From contig VMGF01000002.1 in NCBI GenBank assembly GCA_007376445.1, forward strand, positions 167,928 through 231,927: a DNA stretch of 64,000 nt, in the 5' to 3' direction. The stretch is from Parcubacteria group bacterium Gr01-1014_3 (GTDB lineage Bacteria; Patescibacteriota; Minisyncoccia; UBA6257; WO2-44-18). Below, one piece after another: positions 52,839 to 64,000 of the stretch. A program made the translations under genes and the position numbers. The notes beneath the pieces are model-generated. The model searched no databases, had not been told where the DNA came from, and saw only the letters and a program-made list of their open reading frames with translations. Positions within the stretch are counted from its first letter, which is position 1. Every line of letters begins with the position of its first letter.

Positions 52839-53840
52839 TTAAACTTTATCCGAACGGGGCGGAACTGCCAAATACGACATCAGCCATCCTACAATACCGG
52901 CGATCACGATCGAGCCCGTCCAAAGATGAATCGACATCCAGGTACCCTCGGTCAACATAACTATCAAGAAAAATCCTTTGTAAAATATCGCCGGCGCCAA
53001 AAACGCGGTCAGGCGGAACCGCCGGACCGACCAAGGCCAGTGTGTGGAAATCGAGTAAATAATATCCATCACTAATCCGGAAACAATCGCGCCAATCACG
53101 AAATAATAAAAGTCATGCATAAAACTCAAACCGAACGCGGGAAGCGAAAAAAGTATCGTGAAACTGCCGAACGGCAACCTAATCTTTTTCAGTAAAATCA
53201 ACAAACCTCCCATCAAAATCCCGGTTTGAATGAGAAGGCTTCCCACGCTCAACGCTTCACTATAAAAAATCCGCGCGGTTTTCTGGCTCAGAAGCGGCCA
53301 GGGCCGGGAAGACAAGCTCACATATTGAGTCATAAAAGCTATCACCGACATTAAAACGGCAAGGGCAATGACCGCCAAAATTTTATGACTCACGTTAGCT
53401 TTTTCCCGGCTGTACCAGAGCGCGCGGATCGGCGCGGTCACTATGAACCCAAGCCCGATCGCAAGAAGAAGATGTGTCGGACTCAAAAGCGCGTCCACAT
53501 TCGATTCAATACCGAAAATAAGGTGCCAGGCCATATCCAGCGCGCCACCGAGGCCAAAAATTATCACTCCGACTATCGATAATACATATTCCTTAGGCAC
53601 GGACCTTAGCCAGGAATACCCTCGCCTCCTTCCAATGATCGCGTAGATGAGCAAGGCAATGCCGAGCAAACCAAACCCTCCATAGAAGATCGCGTGCCAG
53701 GGCGTAAAGAAAGTTTCCAGCGCGGAATCCAAATGATTATGCGCCCAGCCATCTACATAAAGACCGCCGACAAAGATTGCCGAAAAAATAACGAATACAA
53801 TATCAAAAAATAAATTTGGTTTGGGGTATTTAACCGGCAT
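52839..53840 (-). CDS. Polytopic membrane protein with conserved His/Trp motifs
   Basis: DGWAH, FFTPWH, DMAWH..FG.E, LSPTH. Confidence 0.7.
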   Translation of the reverse strand: MPVKYPKPNLFFDIVFVIFSAIFVGGLYVDGWAHNHLDSALETFFTPWHAIFYGGFGLLGIALLIYAIIGRRRGYSWLRSVPKEYVLSIVGVIIFGLGGALDMAWHLIFGIESNVDALLSPTHLLLAIGLGFIVTAPIRALWYSREKANVSHKILAVIALAVLMSVIAFMTQYVSLSSRPWPLLSQKTARIFYSEALSVGSLLIQTGILMGGLLILLKKIRLPFGSFTILFSLPAFGLSFMHDFYYFVIGAIVSGLVMDIIYSISTHWPWSVRRFRLTAFLAPAIFYKGFFLIVMLTEGTWMSIHLWTGSIVIAGIVGWLMSYLAVPPRSDKV

Positions 53841-53846
53841 ATCTGA

Positions 53847-54284
53847 TTATTTTAGCTTTTTCACGCCATACCCGCCAATCACCAGTCCGGCGGATATCAA
53901 TACTAAATTTTTAATCACAAACTCCCCTTCCACGGTAAGCAGAAGCGGATTGTACCCGGAAAAAAACATTGCCGGCTTAAGAATAAAAGTAAAAAGCGTG
54001 CCAGCCATCTGCAGCCAAAGAAGGGCCAGTGTCGCGCGAAGAGCGATATTAAAGATTAAACCAAGCCCAACCGCGGCCTCCCAGATCCCAAGTATTAAAA
54101 TGAATTCCTTTGTCGGAAAGAAATAATAAGTTTCTTGGATTAACCCAACCACCGGACTGACCCCGAAAACCTTTAAAAGTCCGAACCAGAGAAAAACGAT
54201 TCCCAAACAAACTCGCAGAATCGGCACCGCCCAAGCATGCATCCGGTCTATAAAAACTTCATCTAAAACTTTTAACCAGGTCAT
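53847..54284 (-). CDS. DoxX-family membrane protein
   Basis: LRV.LG.VF.WFG.LK, GEFVIKN. Confidence 0.8.
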   Translation of the reverse strand: MTWLKVLDEVFIDRMHAWAVPILRVCLGIVFLWFGLLKVFGVSPVVGLIQETYYFFPTKEFILILGIWEAAVGLGLIFNIALRATLALLWLQMAGTLFTFILKPAMFFSGYNPLLLTVEGEFVIKNLVLISAGLVIGGYGVKKLK

Positions 54285-54344
54285 TTTTTAATTATACAAT
54301 AGAAAAATAAAAACCGCTCCGATTTCTCGGAGCGGTATAATATG

Positions 54345-55673
54345 CTACTTTTTCTCTTCTTTCTTCTGGCCCTTCACTTCGAGGTCCAGCGCCAAATCCT
54401 TGGCCGTCTTCACCGTCAGCATATCGATCAAAGCCTGCGCGCCATTCGTGGTACCAGACTGATTACTCGGCCCCATCACCACGCTCGGCACCCAATGGCC
54501 TTGATACTTGGCGATCGCGTCAGCGTACAGCCGGTTCACCTCAATGTAGGCATCCAGCTTCTGCTTGAGCGCGCCGTCAGCTTCCATGATCATGCGCTTC
54601 TTTTCCGACTCACCCTGGCCGTCCAAGATATTCCTCTGCTTGTTCGCTTCCGCCGCGTCTCTCTGCAGTTTGGCGACCTCAACCTCACGCTGAGCGTTGG
54701 TCTCGCCGACCTGCTTCTGAAGCTTGGCGACCGAAAGTTCCCTGGCCGCCGCGGTCTCGGCAACTTCCTTTTCCTTGGAAGCCTCAACCACCGCGCGAAC
54801 CTTCTTCTGCTCTTCCTCATACTTCGCCTTCATAACCTCGGCCTTACCCTTCGCTTCCTCGGTCAGCGCGTCCTGCTCGGCCTTCTGCGCGTTGGCGCGA
54901 GCCGTCGCGACTGCCATCAGGGCCTGTTGCTGAGCCGCGATCTGCTCCTTAACCTTGTCCGCGTACACGAAGTTCTTGATCTCAAAATTAGACAATGAAA
55001 TACCGGTTCCGTGGAAAGGATTCGCCTGACGGACAACATTACCCTTGGTGTCCCTGCGGATCACCTTTACGATCCGGGTAACTGTGTCGCCGGAGACTGG
55101 ATCCTTTTCCTTGTGAATCTCTTCATCGATCTCGTAAAGACCGTTCTGAACCTGATCCCAAGCCCAGTTTACATACTCCGGTCGCTTCTCCGAGTAAGAT
55201 TCGCGAGCCGACATCAAGTTGGCTGTGCGGTTTAGGGCATTTCGGATCACCGGCAGAAGCAGTTTGTTCTCCACGTCATGGTGGCTGCGAAAGCCGTGCT
55301 TCATAGCGAGCGCAATTGCCTCCTGTTCGATGTTAGGCATCGACACACGGCAAGTTCCCGAGATCTTACAAGCCGAGCCGTCGTTAAAAGTTACCTCAAT
55401 GCTTTGATCTGCCAACTTGCCTTCGTTGTGATCGGCGGTAAAAAAGAAAGTTTCGGCTTTCGGCCAGGTCGTGATCGTGCCGAACCACTGCCACCACATT
55501 CCAGGGTCCATCTTAACAGACATCTCACCGTAAATCGCTGACTGCTTGATCTGATAAGTATCGGGAGCATTTGTTTCAACAATACTTCCACCAAGAAATA
55601 CCGCGAACAATAAAACCACAACCGCGGCCACACCGAGAACCACCTTTTTGACGGGAAATTCATTTTGTTCCAT
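54345..55673 (-). CDS. SPFH/band-7 (flotillin-like) protein, phage type
   Basis: N-terminal TM, I.V.FNDG, long A/E/K coiled coil; AAGGAG SD favours ATG 55673. Confidence 0.75.
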   Translation of the reverse strand: MEQNEFPVKKVVLGVAAVVVLLFAVFLGGSIVETNAPDTYQIKQSAIYGEMSVKMDPGMWWQWFGTITTWPKAETFFFTADHNEGKLADQSIEVTFNDGSACKISGTCRVSMPNIEQEAIALAMKHGFRSHHDVENKLLLPVIRNALNRTANLMSARESYSEKRPEYVNWAWDQVQNGLYEIDEEIHKEKDPVSGDTVTRIVKVIRRDTKGNVVRQANPFHGTGISLSNFEIKNFVYADKVKEQIAAQQQALMAVATARANAQKAEQDALTEEAKGKAEVMKAKYEEEQKKVRAVVEASKEKEVAETAAARELSVAKLQKQVGETNAQREVEVAKLQRDAAEANKQRNILDGQGESEKKRMIMEADGALKQKLDAYIEVNRLYADAIAKYQGHWVPSVVMGPSNQSGTTNGAQALIDMLTVKTAKDLALDLEVKGQKKEEKK

Positions 55674-55770
55674 CGCCACTTCTCCTTCTGCCTTTTGGGC
55701 AGCTTTGAGGTTAAATGCCCCGCCTTACGACATGTAAAGCGGGGCATGCCTGGAACCAAATAAGTTAAAG

Positions 55771-56082
55771 TTATTTATCCTTAACTTCCCAACGACCTGA
55801 GTCAAATTCGGCAAGCTCGTTTCGCAAGCGCAGAATCTCGGCGTCTAACTCCGCTAACTGTTCCGCGACATCCTGATGCGCGAGCTCTTCAAGTTCTTTC
55901 TGTTTCTTCTTCAGTTCATCGAGCTTCTTTCGAAGCTTAGCGCCATATTTCGGATCCCTCTCATCAAACTGACCGGTATCCTTGTTTCCTATTAATCTAA
56001 GAATTGGTCGAACAACGGCGAGCCACAGAATCGAGAAAATCGCGACAATCATGATCGCTTCCAGCAATACCTGAATAAGCAT
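55771..56082 (-). CDS. TM plus coiled-coil protein upstream of the SPFH gene
   Basis: N-terminal TM and heptad-rich tail; SD supplied by the leader motif. Confidence 0.7.
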   Translation of the reverse strand: MLIQVLLEAIMIVAIFSILWLAVVRPILRLIGNKDTGQFDERDPKYGAKLRKKLDELKKKQKELEELAHQDVAEQLAELDAEILRLRNELAEFDSGRWEVKDK

Positions 56083-56089
56083 CTAGCCA

Positions 56090-56155
56090 CCTCCCTAAAT
56101 CAAATCCCTGATTTGATCGGGCGACCAACTTGCCACAAGGCAAGTTGGTTTAGCC
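56090..56155 (-). promoter_or_regulatory. Repeated structured 5'-UTR motif, copy C
   Basis: Same motif; promoter TTGACT-17-TAAGGT upstream on the - strand. Confidence 0.8.
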
Positions 56156-56233
56156 TTCTCTAGTTATAAAAGTGCCGAACTACCTTAACAGAAACCTTTG
56201 CGATAGTCAATTAGACCCACGCCGTTGGCGGGG

Positions 56234-56259
56234 TTAATTTCCGGCTAGCCGGAAATTAA
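56234..56259. repeat. Perfect 26-bp palindrome
   Basis: ttaatttccggct|agccggaaattaa. Confidence 0.75.
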
Positions 56260-56293
56260 AATGCCCCTGCTGTTTTCACAGCAGGGGCGGGTA

Positions 56294-56716
56294 CTACATC
56301 GAGATCCTGGAATTCGGCGGGAAGGCCTTGGCCTGAGCCGCTTCGGCTCGGCGTTCGGCGGCCGCCCTCAGGATACCGTGCCTCACGGAACCTTCGGAGA
56401 CGATGACCGGAAACGGGCCGGACCAGTCGATCTGGTGGTTGGCGTGCAGTTCATTGAGCTGCTGCGCCACCTCCACCGCCACCACCCGGCCGTGCCAACC
56501 ACCGACAGTGTCGATCGGTCCGATGAGCGGTACGGCGAGCACCGAGATCTGCCCGTTGCGGAACGTACCGATAACACGATACTCCCGCTCGCTCGGAATC
56601 CGTCCGCGCTTCCGGCCAGACCACTCCACAAAAAACGGAGGATCCAGCACATCCCGCCTGGCGGGAAGCTGAGACATCGGAACGATCGGAATGCCGTTCA
56701 TCAACTCGAAAGCCAT
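56294..56716 (-). CDS. Hypothetical protein (GC-rich)
   Basis: AGGGAGG SD; own TTGACT/TATAAT-type promoter; terminator near 56260-56290. Confidence 0.65.
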   Translation of the reverse strand: MAFELMNGIPIVPMSQLPARRDVLDPPFFVEWSGRKRGRIPSEREYRVIGTFRNGQISVLAVPLIGPIDTVGGWHGRVVAVEVAQQLNELHANHQIDWSGPFPVIVSEGSVRHGILRAAAERRAEAAQAKAFPPNSRISM

Positions 56717-56819
56717 CAGATACCTCCCTAAGTTGTTAATCTACACTTCGTATATTATAGCATACCTTATAATTAAAGTCAAATAATAAAGCCCAGTCAT
56801 TCGACTGGGCTAGTTTTCG

Positions 56820-57725
56820 CTAGTATTCGGCTCGCTGAGGCTTGTCCTGAGCTTGCTTGTGGTGAGCTTGTCGAATCCGTCGAACGGACTTCCTCTTCTG
56901 ACCATAGTCATCGAGGGAGAACTTGAAGAGCGGTTCCTCGATCCACTCGCTGTCCGGATCACGCCAGGTCGGATCGATTACGCAATGTTCCATGAGAAAG
57001 AAGTTGTTAATTGGCAAATTATATCTATATTCTCCCGATAGATAATGCCTATATGGGCTAACAAAAACTCTCATCTTCCGGTCATCATCCAGTTCGATAA
57101 TCAACGGCCAGCGCTCGCCTGCCGGCTCTATTTTCAAGAGCTTGGCGGATCTGACGTAAATCGAAGTCAGCGGTTCGGTATTGGTCTGGAGTTCTGGCGC
57201 GGCTGGCTGACTGACATTCGTAGCCACCGCCATCGGTTCTGCCGGCATCTTAGCCGCCGCGGTCAGCCGATCAATTTCGGCCTTCTTCTCGCTAAGCGCC
57301 TTAGTTTGCATCATACAAATGCAGAACAAGACTACTGTAGCCAGCGTCACAGCCCCAATAACTATACCCATAGTCGCAGTTCGATTATCAAGCTCGTTAT
57401 TTGATCTCCACTCCCTATTCCTCAAACCATAGCTTTCCCTTTGCGCTTCATCCAACTGTTTCCCTATTTTATTATTCTCATTAACCAGAAGCAGATTTTG
57501 CTCTTTCTGAACACGAAGATCTTCCACGCTAGGACCATGCGAAATGACGCGCAGATTCTCCGCCTCCACACGTTTGTTTTCAGCCTCTAGCTTAGCGATG
57601 TAATCCTCAGCCTCTTCCATCGTCATACCCAGATCGCCGCGCGGCTCATTTGGATTAAAAACAATGTCATCCTCCTCGATCGGCTTCGCGTCACTCGGCA
57701 AATCCTTCTTCGGCTCATCAGCCAT
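56820..57725 (-). CDS. Hypothetical coiled-coil/TM protein
   Basis: AAGGAGG SD; central TM; terminator at 56788-56816. Confidence 0.65.
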   Translation of the reverse strand: MADEPKKDLPSDAKPIEEDDIVFNPNEPRGDLGMTMEEAEDYIAKLEAENKRVEAENLRVISHGPSVEDLRVQKEQNLLLVNENNKIGKQLDEAQRESYGLRNREWRSNNELDNRTATMGIVIGAVTLATVVLFCICMMQTKALSEKKAEIDRLTAAAKMPAEPMAVATNVSQPAAPELQTNTEPLTSIYVRSAKLLKIEPAGERWPLIIELDDDRKMRVFVSPYRHYLSGEYRYNLPINNFFLMEHCVIDPTWRDPDSEWIEEPLFKFSLDDYGQKRKSVRRIRQAHHKQAQDKPQRAEY

Positions 57726-57844
57726 ACAACCTCCTTGCCTCCGCCAGTTGGCGGATGGCGGGCGAATACTGTAAAGAAACTTTGAATATATTAATAAAAT
57801 ACACCGATAAAGTCAACCGCTCGATTAATTTCTCATGATATTGA

Positions 57845-57919
57845 TCCCGTTAGAAGTCGCGCCCGCGCTTTGCGCGCCCCAAAGGGGCCTATGGGCGGGC
57901 TACTTCTAACGGGATTGAC
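57845..57919. mobile_element. Palindromic mini-element (CCCGTTAGA family), copy 4
   Basis: tcccgttagaagt...acttctaacggga-TTGAC; compensatory changes relative to copy 2. Confidence 0.8.
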
Positions 57920-57943
57920 AATAGGCTTAATGTATGCTATAAT
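57915..57943 (+). promoter_or_regulatory. Consensus sigma70 promoter with extended -10
   Basis: TTGACA-17-TATAAT with TGn. Confidence 0.8.
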
Positions 57944-57992
57944 CCAAAAAGTAATTTAGAGTGCTTTTTAACAACTTCAATAAGGAGAACCC

Positions 57993-58424
57993 ATGGTCGA
58001 CACATCAGCTTACGGATCCCAGATTCTGGACCTGGTCGCGGCTCGAGAAACCGCCGTCAAAAAGTACACGGCGCGGGACGCGGCCTGGAAGGAGCGGCAG
58101 ATGACCAAGGAGCAGCGTCAGGCCGAAGAGGAGAACGAGATCCAGCGGGCCAAGGTGGAGATCCTAAGGATCGAGGCGCGAATCATGGAGGTCAAGGAGC
58201 TCGGGGGAACGAGGCTGGAGAATATCCGCTTTGTGCCCCTGTCCATCTGCGCGATGCCCGTCAGCGTCCAAAGCTGGTACGAGATCCGCACGTCCTGGAT
58301 CAGAAATCCGGAGCGCATGATCTTGGCGGCTTTCGATCGTGGTAACCGCCGGATTGACTTCGCTGAGAAGATCGACCCGACGACTCAGACCAGAGGCTTC
58401 TCTGTTTCGATCTCCTGGGACTAA
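57993..58424 (+). CDS. Hypothetical protein (GC-rich)
   Basis: TAAGGAG SD; terminator at 58428-58460. Confidence 0.65.
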   Translation: MVDTSAYGSQILDLVAARETAVKKYTARDAAWKERQMTKEQRQAEEENEIQRAKVEILRIEARIMEVKELGGTRLENIRFVPLSICAMPVSVQSWYEIRTSWIRNPERMILAAFDRGNRRIDFAEKIDPTTQTRGFSVSISWD

Positions 58425-58461
58425 AGTAAAAAGCCGAGCGCAATGCTCGGCTTTTTTTATT

Positions 58462-58929
58462 TTAACCGCTATCAAAATCCCGGATGTAGGTACCGCATTT
58501 CGCGCAATGAATTTCGCCATCTCCCCACATAATGCTGTGATTCCGGACATCGTATTGATCGGAACCGCAATCGGGACAATTCAGCTTGCTACCGGCCTTA
58601 CGTCTAGCCTCAAGGTAATCCTTGACCGCTTGGTAAATCATTGCCCTCATAAAGATCTCGTTTTTGGTCAGGCCAGAAAAATCTTTGAGCGTCTTAGGAT
58701 CCAGCTTAACCATCAGAGTCTCTACATTCTCTTCGGCTTGCAGGTCGGCGCGCATCCGATCAACGCAATGCGAACAAGGAGGTTCTTCTTTATATTTCAA
58801 TAAAAAAATCTCGACTGCCTTATCAACCAGAGCCTCTGGCTTTTTTCTGTCTTTCTCCGCGTAACGATTCAGATCCTTCAGATACTTCTGATTCAGAGCG
58901 ATCGAGAAAATGAGATCTTCCTTCATCAT
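58462..58929 (-). CDS. Putative tandem ribbon-helix-helix-like protein with a C-terminal Zn ribbon
   Basis: LV..AVE.FL and MI..AVKDYL helices; CPDCG...CAKCG; start reassigned to MMKEDL. Confidence 0.5.
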   Translation of the reverse strand: MMKEDLIFSIALNQKYLKDLNRYAEKDRKKPEALVDKAVEIFLLKYKEEPPCSHCVDRMRADLQAEENVETLMVKLDPKTLKDFSGLTKNEIFMRAMIYQAVKDYLEARRKAGSKLNCPDCGSDQYDVRNHSIMWGDGEIHCAKCGTYIRDFDSG

Positions 58930-59031
58930 GCGAAACCTTAAATGAACCGACATTATCGTAGCATGGACATTCTGGATTTGACAAATCAAAAAGAATCTTA
59001 TATTATTTATCCAGATTTTTGAGGAGGAATT

Positions 59032-59256
59032 ATGGACGCGAATTGCCGGTACTGCGGAAGTCCGGAAGGCTCCGAATGCCACAAGCACTGTCCGGCATTA
59101 GCTGGGCCTGGAGAAAAAGAGATCTGGGAGCGTGGTTACAAAAACGGCCGGATCGGAAAGCCTTATGATGGCTATGGGCCGCATTACAATTTGGGCTATC
59201 TCCGCGGCAAAGCCGAGCTAGACGTCGCGGTTGCCGAACAACCACCCGGCTGGTAA
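59032..59256 (+). CDS. Small Cys/His-containing phage-like protein
   Basis: GAGGAGG SD; CRYCG..H..CP; WERGY..G. Confidence 0.6.
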   Translation: MDANCRYCGSPEGSECHKHCPALAGPGEKEIWERGYKNGRIGKPYDGYGPHYNLGYLRGKAELDVAVAEQPPGW

Positions 59257-59336
59257 TCAGCTGAAGCCCCGCCAACATCTTATAAAGTTGTAGCGGGGCA
59301 TTATTTTTTAGTAATATATTAAGTTAAAATAAGAAA

Positions 59337-60311
59337 ATGCTAATCGACGAAGTAAAAATCAGGGTTAATTCTGGAAAAGGCGGCAAGGGCGCTATAGCTT
59401 TTGATAAAAACAAAATGGCCATCGGTCCGGCCGGAGGTAGCGGCGGTAATGGCGGCAGTGTTTATCTGGAGGGCATTATTGATCTGGGCGCTTTGCGTCA
59501 ATTTAGGCATCAGAAAGAACACGCGGCCGAGAACGGCCGGGATGGCCGCGGGCAATATCTCGATGGACACGTTGGTGAAGACTTAACCCTGAAAGTTCCG
59601 GTCGGCACCGTCGTTCACAATCTGGACACGGATTTTAAAGAAGAAATCACGAAAGTCGGTCAACGGATCATGGTAGCTAAAGGTGGCCGGGGTGGTAAAG
59701 GTAATTTCCTCTTCCGCGCGCCGCACCGCACCAGCCCAATGATCGCCCAGCCCGGTTTGCCTGGCGAGAGCTACAATCTCCTTCTCGAATTAAAGATGAT
59801 CGCCGATGTTGGCCTGATTGGCTTACCGAATGCCGGTAAATCCAGCCTAATCAATGAACTCACCGCCGCGAAAAGCAAGGTGGCGAACTATCCCTTTACC
59901 ACGCTTGAGCCAAACCTCGGCGTTTATTATGAATTAATTCTAGCCGATATCCCGGGACTGATCGAAGGCGCTTCCACCGGGAAAGGTCTTGGCACGAAAT
60001 TTTTGCGTCACATCGAAAGAACCACTGTGCTTTTTCATCTGATCTCGGCTGAATCTGCTAAACCGGTCACTGATTATAAAGTCATCCGCGCCGAACTAAA
60101 AAAACATAATCCGAAGCTAATCGAAAAAGATGAGTATGTATTTTTAAGCAAAACCGATCTAACCACGCCGGCGAACGTTAAAAAGACAATGGCTATTTTG
60201 AAAAAACAAAATCCGAAAATAGCGGCCATTTCGATTCATGATTGGGATAGCTTAGAAAAAGTGAAAAAGATTTTGAATAAGATCAAAGCAGAGAAAATGG
60301 GTGGAGTATAA
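59337..60311 (+). CDS. obgE: GTPase ObgE (no C-terminal domain)
   Basis: Gly-rich Obg domain, GLPNAGKSS, YPFTTL, DIPGLIEGA, KTD. Confidence 0.96.
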   Translation: MLIDEVKIRVNSGKGGKGAIAFDKNKMAIGPAGGSGGNGGSVYLEGIIDLGALRQFRHQKEHAAENGRDGRGQYLDGHVGEDLTLKVPVGTVVHNLDTDFKEEITKVGQRIMVAKGGRGGKGNFLFRAPHRTSPMIAQPGLPGESYNLLLELKMIADVGLIGLPNAGKSSLINELTAAKSKVANYPFTTLEPNLGVYYELILADIPGLIEGASTGKGLGTKFLRHIERTTVLFHLISAESAKPVTDYKVIRAELKKHNPKLIEKDEYVFLSKTDLTTPANVKKTMAILKKQNPKIAAISIHDWDSLEKVKKILNKIKAEKMGGV

Positions 60312-60351
60312 ATAAAAGGCCCCTCATGACCTAAGTCATAAGGGGCCAACG

Positions 60352-60810
60352 TCAGCGGGGCGGGGGTTTCGAGCGGCGTCTTCGCTCCAGCTCTTCCTTG
60401 CCGGGACCGGCGAAGTAGAACTTGATCGTCGCCCGGGCATTCATAGCGTTCGCTTCCGCGATTGCCGATGGAATGCCCCAGACCCAGAACATCGACAGGG
60501 AAATGAACTGACCGGCCTGCGGTCCTTCCTGGGACGCCCAGTTGAGAGTTCCCGCGAGGTCCCAGGCGCCGATCACCGCCGGCACCGCCTGCCACGGCTC
60601 GCCATTGATGGCGAGATACGCGCTTCCGGCGCCCGGAATGACGTTCAGCGCGCCGGCCAGCAACGGGCTGACCACCGGCTTTTCTGGTAAGCCCAACTCG
60701 CGGATCTCGCGGATCTGCCAACGCTCCTCATCAGAGAGCGGATGCAGGGCGCACCCCATCGCTGTAATCGCCGTGAACCCGATCAGAACCAACAGAACCA
60801 GCTTCTTCAT
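60352..60810 (-). CDS. Hypothetical lipoprotein/membrane protein (GC-rich)
   Basis: MKK..AMGC lipobox-like; LN.IPG.G..Y; GGAGGT SD. Confidence 0.65.
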   Translation of the reverse strand: MKKLVLLVLIGFTAITAMGCALHPLSDEERWQIREIRELGLPEKPVVSPLLAGALNVIPGAGSAYLAINGEPWQAVPAVIGAWDLAGTLNWASQEGPQAGQFISLSMFWVWGIPSAIAEANAMNARATIKFYFAGPGKEELERRRRSKPPPR

Positions 60811-60879
60811 TAACCACCTCCATTTTATACTCGAAAGTAACTGTGGGCAGTATAGCAGAAAATAAGAGATTTGTCAATC

Positions 60880-62931
<2,052 letters not shown>

Positions 62932-62971
62932 TCACAAAAAACCGGCTTTTTGCCGGTTTTAATCAATCATT

Positions 62972-63589
62972 TTACGAAGTTTTCTCAATCAACTTCCGAT
63001 ATACCAAAACCGTGGCCATCATGGAAACCGGCACCGTCACGAGCAGGCCCACGAATAAGATCAGGCTGCCGGCCAGGTTGATCAGCGCAAGCACGAAAAG
63101 CAAGACAAAAAGTTCCCAGACATGACCCTTGGTCATTGCCCAGCTGGCCTTCAGGGCCTCGATCGGATTCATGCCTTTATCGATGATTAAGTAATCAAAA
63201 AACTTTAGGCGGACTGCCAAGATAATTCCGGGAATAATCAAAAGAATTAAGCCGGCCGCCACAGCGACGCCATATAAAACTGAGCCGATGAAATACTTGA
63301 AAAACCACGGAGCGCCGGACCAGAGGTCTTTAAAAATGGCCGGATGACCAGCGTTCAGCTTAAGCGAAATCCGCAATAAACCGATGGTCACAAAAGTCTG
63401 GAGTACCCAGCTGACGATATTTAGCATGCCCAGCTTAACCGGCTCCTGGCCGATTTCGGCGGCAAACAGTGATGGCAAAAAGGAAACCAAGCCCATCACG
63501 ATGCCAACTATCAAAAATAATTTGAAGTTTTTCGTAAACTGCCCCCAGCCGTACTCAAGAGTGCTTTTTAAATTAAATAGTTTCGGCAT
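62972..63589 (-). CDS. Conserved membrane protein (DUF975-like)
   Basis: LLIIPGI, ALKASW..TKG. Confidence 0.75.
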   Translation of the reverse strand: MPKLFNLKSTLEYGWGQFTKNFKLFLIVGIVMGLVSFLPSLFAAEIGQEPVKLGMLNIVSWVLQTFVTIGLLRISLKLNAGHPAIFKDLWSGAPWFFKYFIGSVLYGVAVAAGLILLIIPGIILAVRLKFFDYLIIDKGMNPIEALKASWAMTKGHVWELFVLLFVLALINLAGSLILFVGLLVTVPVSMMATVLVYRKLIEKTS

Positions 63590-63590
63590 C

Positions 63591-64000
63591 TTAGAAATAT
63601 TTATCTATTATAACATGCCCGCAAAATAAATAGAGCATTGAAGCAGTGGCGAGAAATGGCCCGAACGGCAAAGCGTCTTTCCAGCCCCTCTTCCCGCTTA
63701 GTAAAATACCCGTCGCTGCTAATCCGCCAAATATAAACGCGCCCATCAGGATCACTAATATCCCCTGCCAGCCGAATAAGAATCCCAGCGCGCCAGCCAG
63801 CTTTAAATCGCCTAACCCCATGCCGCGGCCTTTGGTTAATAAGACTATTAGGCTAAAAATTACCAAACCAATCGCCGCGCCCAGCAAATGGTCTTTCCAA
63901 ACTGCCCAATCGGATATACCTGAAACTCCTATTAAAGCCGCGCCGCCCAGAACCAACGCAAGATTCAGTTGGTCCGGTATCACGTAATGTCGAAGATCGA
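63591..64000 (-). CDS. pilD: Prepilin peptidase (A24), C-terminal part; extends beyond the window
   Basis: DLRHYVIPD, GMGLGDLKL, LPFGPFL. Confidence 0.88.
   Translation of the reverse strand, partial: DLRHYVIPDQLNLALVLGGAALIGVSGISDWAVWKDHLLGAAIGLVIFSLIVLLTKGRGMGLGDLKLAGALGFLFGWQGILVILMGAFIFGGLAATGILLSGKRGWKDALPFGPFLATASMLYLFCGHVIIDKYF

Noticed and set aside
54342-54998. 218-aa Leu-rich + strand ORF
   Set aside because: Shadow of the Glu/Lys/Gln-rich SPFH coiled coil on the opposite strand.
56261-56731. 156-aa + strand ORF
   Set aside because: Starts inside a terminator hairpin; the - strand ORF has the promoter, SD and terminator.
59337-60311. Short ObgE as a pseudogene
   Set aside because: The Obg and GTPase domains are complete; only the variable C-terminal domain is missing.
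60236-60721. 161-aa - strand ORF
   Set aside because: Alternative frame of a GC-rich gene; runs through the terminator into obgE.

Overview
Bacterial chromosomal segment. It is most consistent with a Patescibacteria/CPR (Parcubacteria-like) genome; this is an inference from compact secD/secF, a short obgE, a DUF5667-like protein, a Gmad2-like Ig protein, a VirD4/HerA-like ATPase pair and a sigma70-r4/HTH protein. Core genes (rsmE, class II RNR, secDF, dnaJ-dnaK-grpE, cysS, dnaB, recR, rplU, truB, rdgB, nfo, obgE, ligA, pilD) are interspersed with a surface-glycan cluster, secreted proteins and small phage-like accessory genes. There are four tRNAs: Phe, Lys, a CAT tRNA, and tRNA-Asn split by a group I intron. 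I saw no integrase, transposase, CRISPR array or rRNA. The most notable signals are non-coding. (1) A three-copy structured 5'-UTR motif has covarying stems and includes the Shine-Dalgarno site. (2) A stand-alone ~80-nt three-way-junction RNA has its own promoter and terminator. (3) Palindromic mini-elements follow TT(C/G)AT and mostly end in TT(C/G)AC, landing at -35 boxes and start codons. (4) Frame-preserving palindromes are inserted inside dnaJ, cysS, truB, dnaK and other genes. (5) Leaderless core genes contrast with SD-led accessory genes. All functional calls come from motif recognition by eye; no database searches were run.
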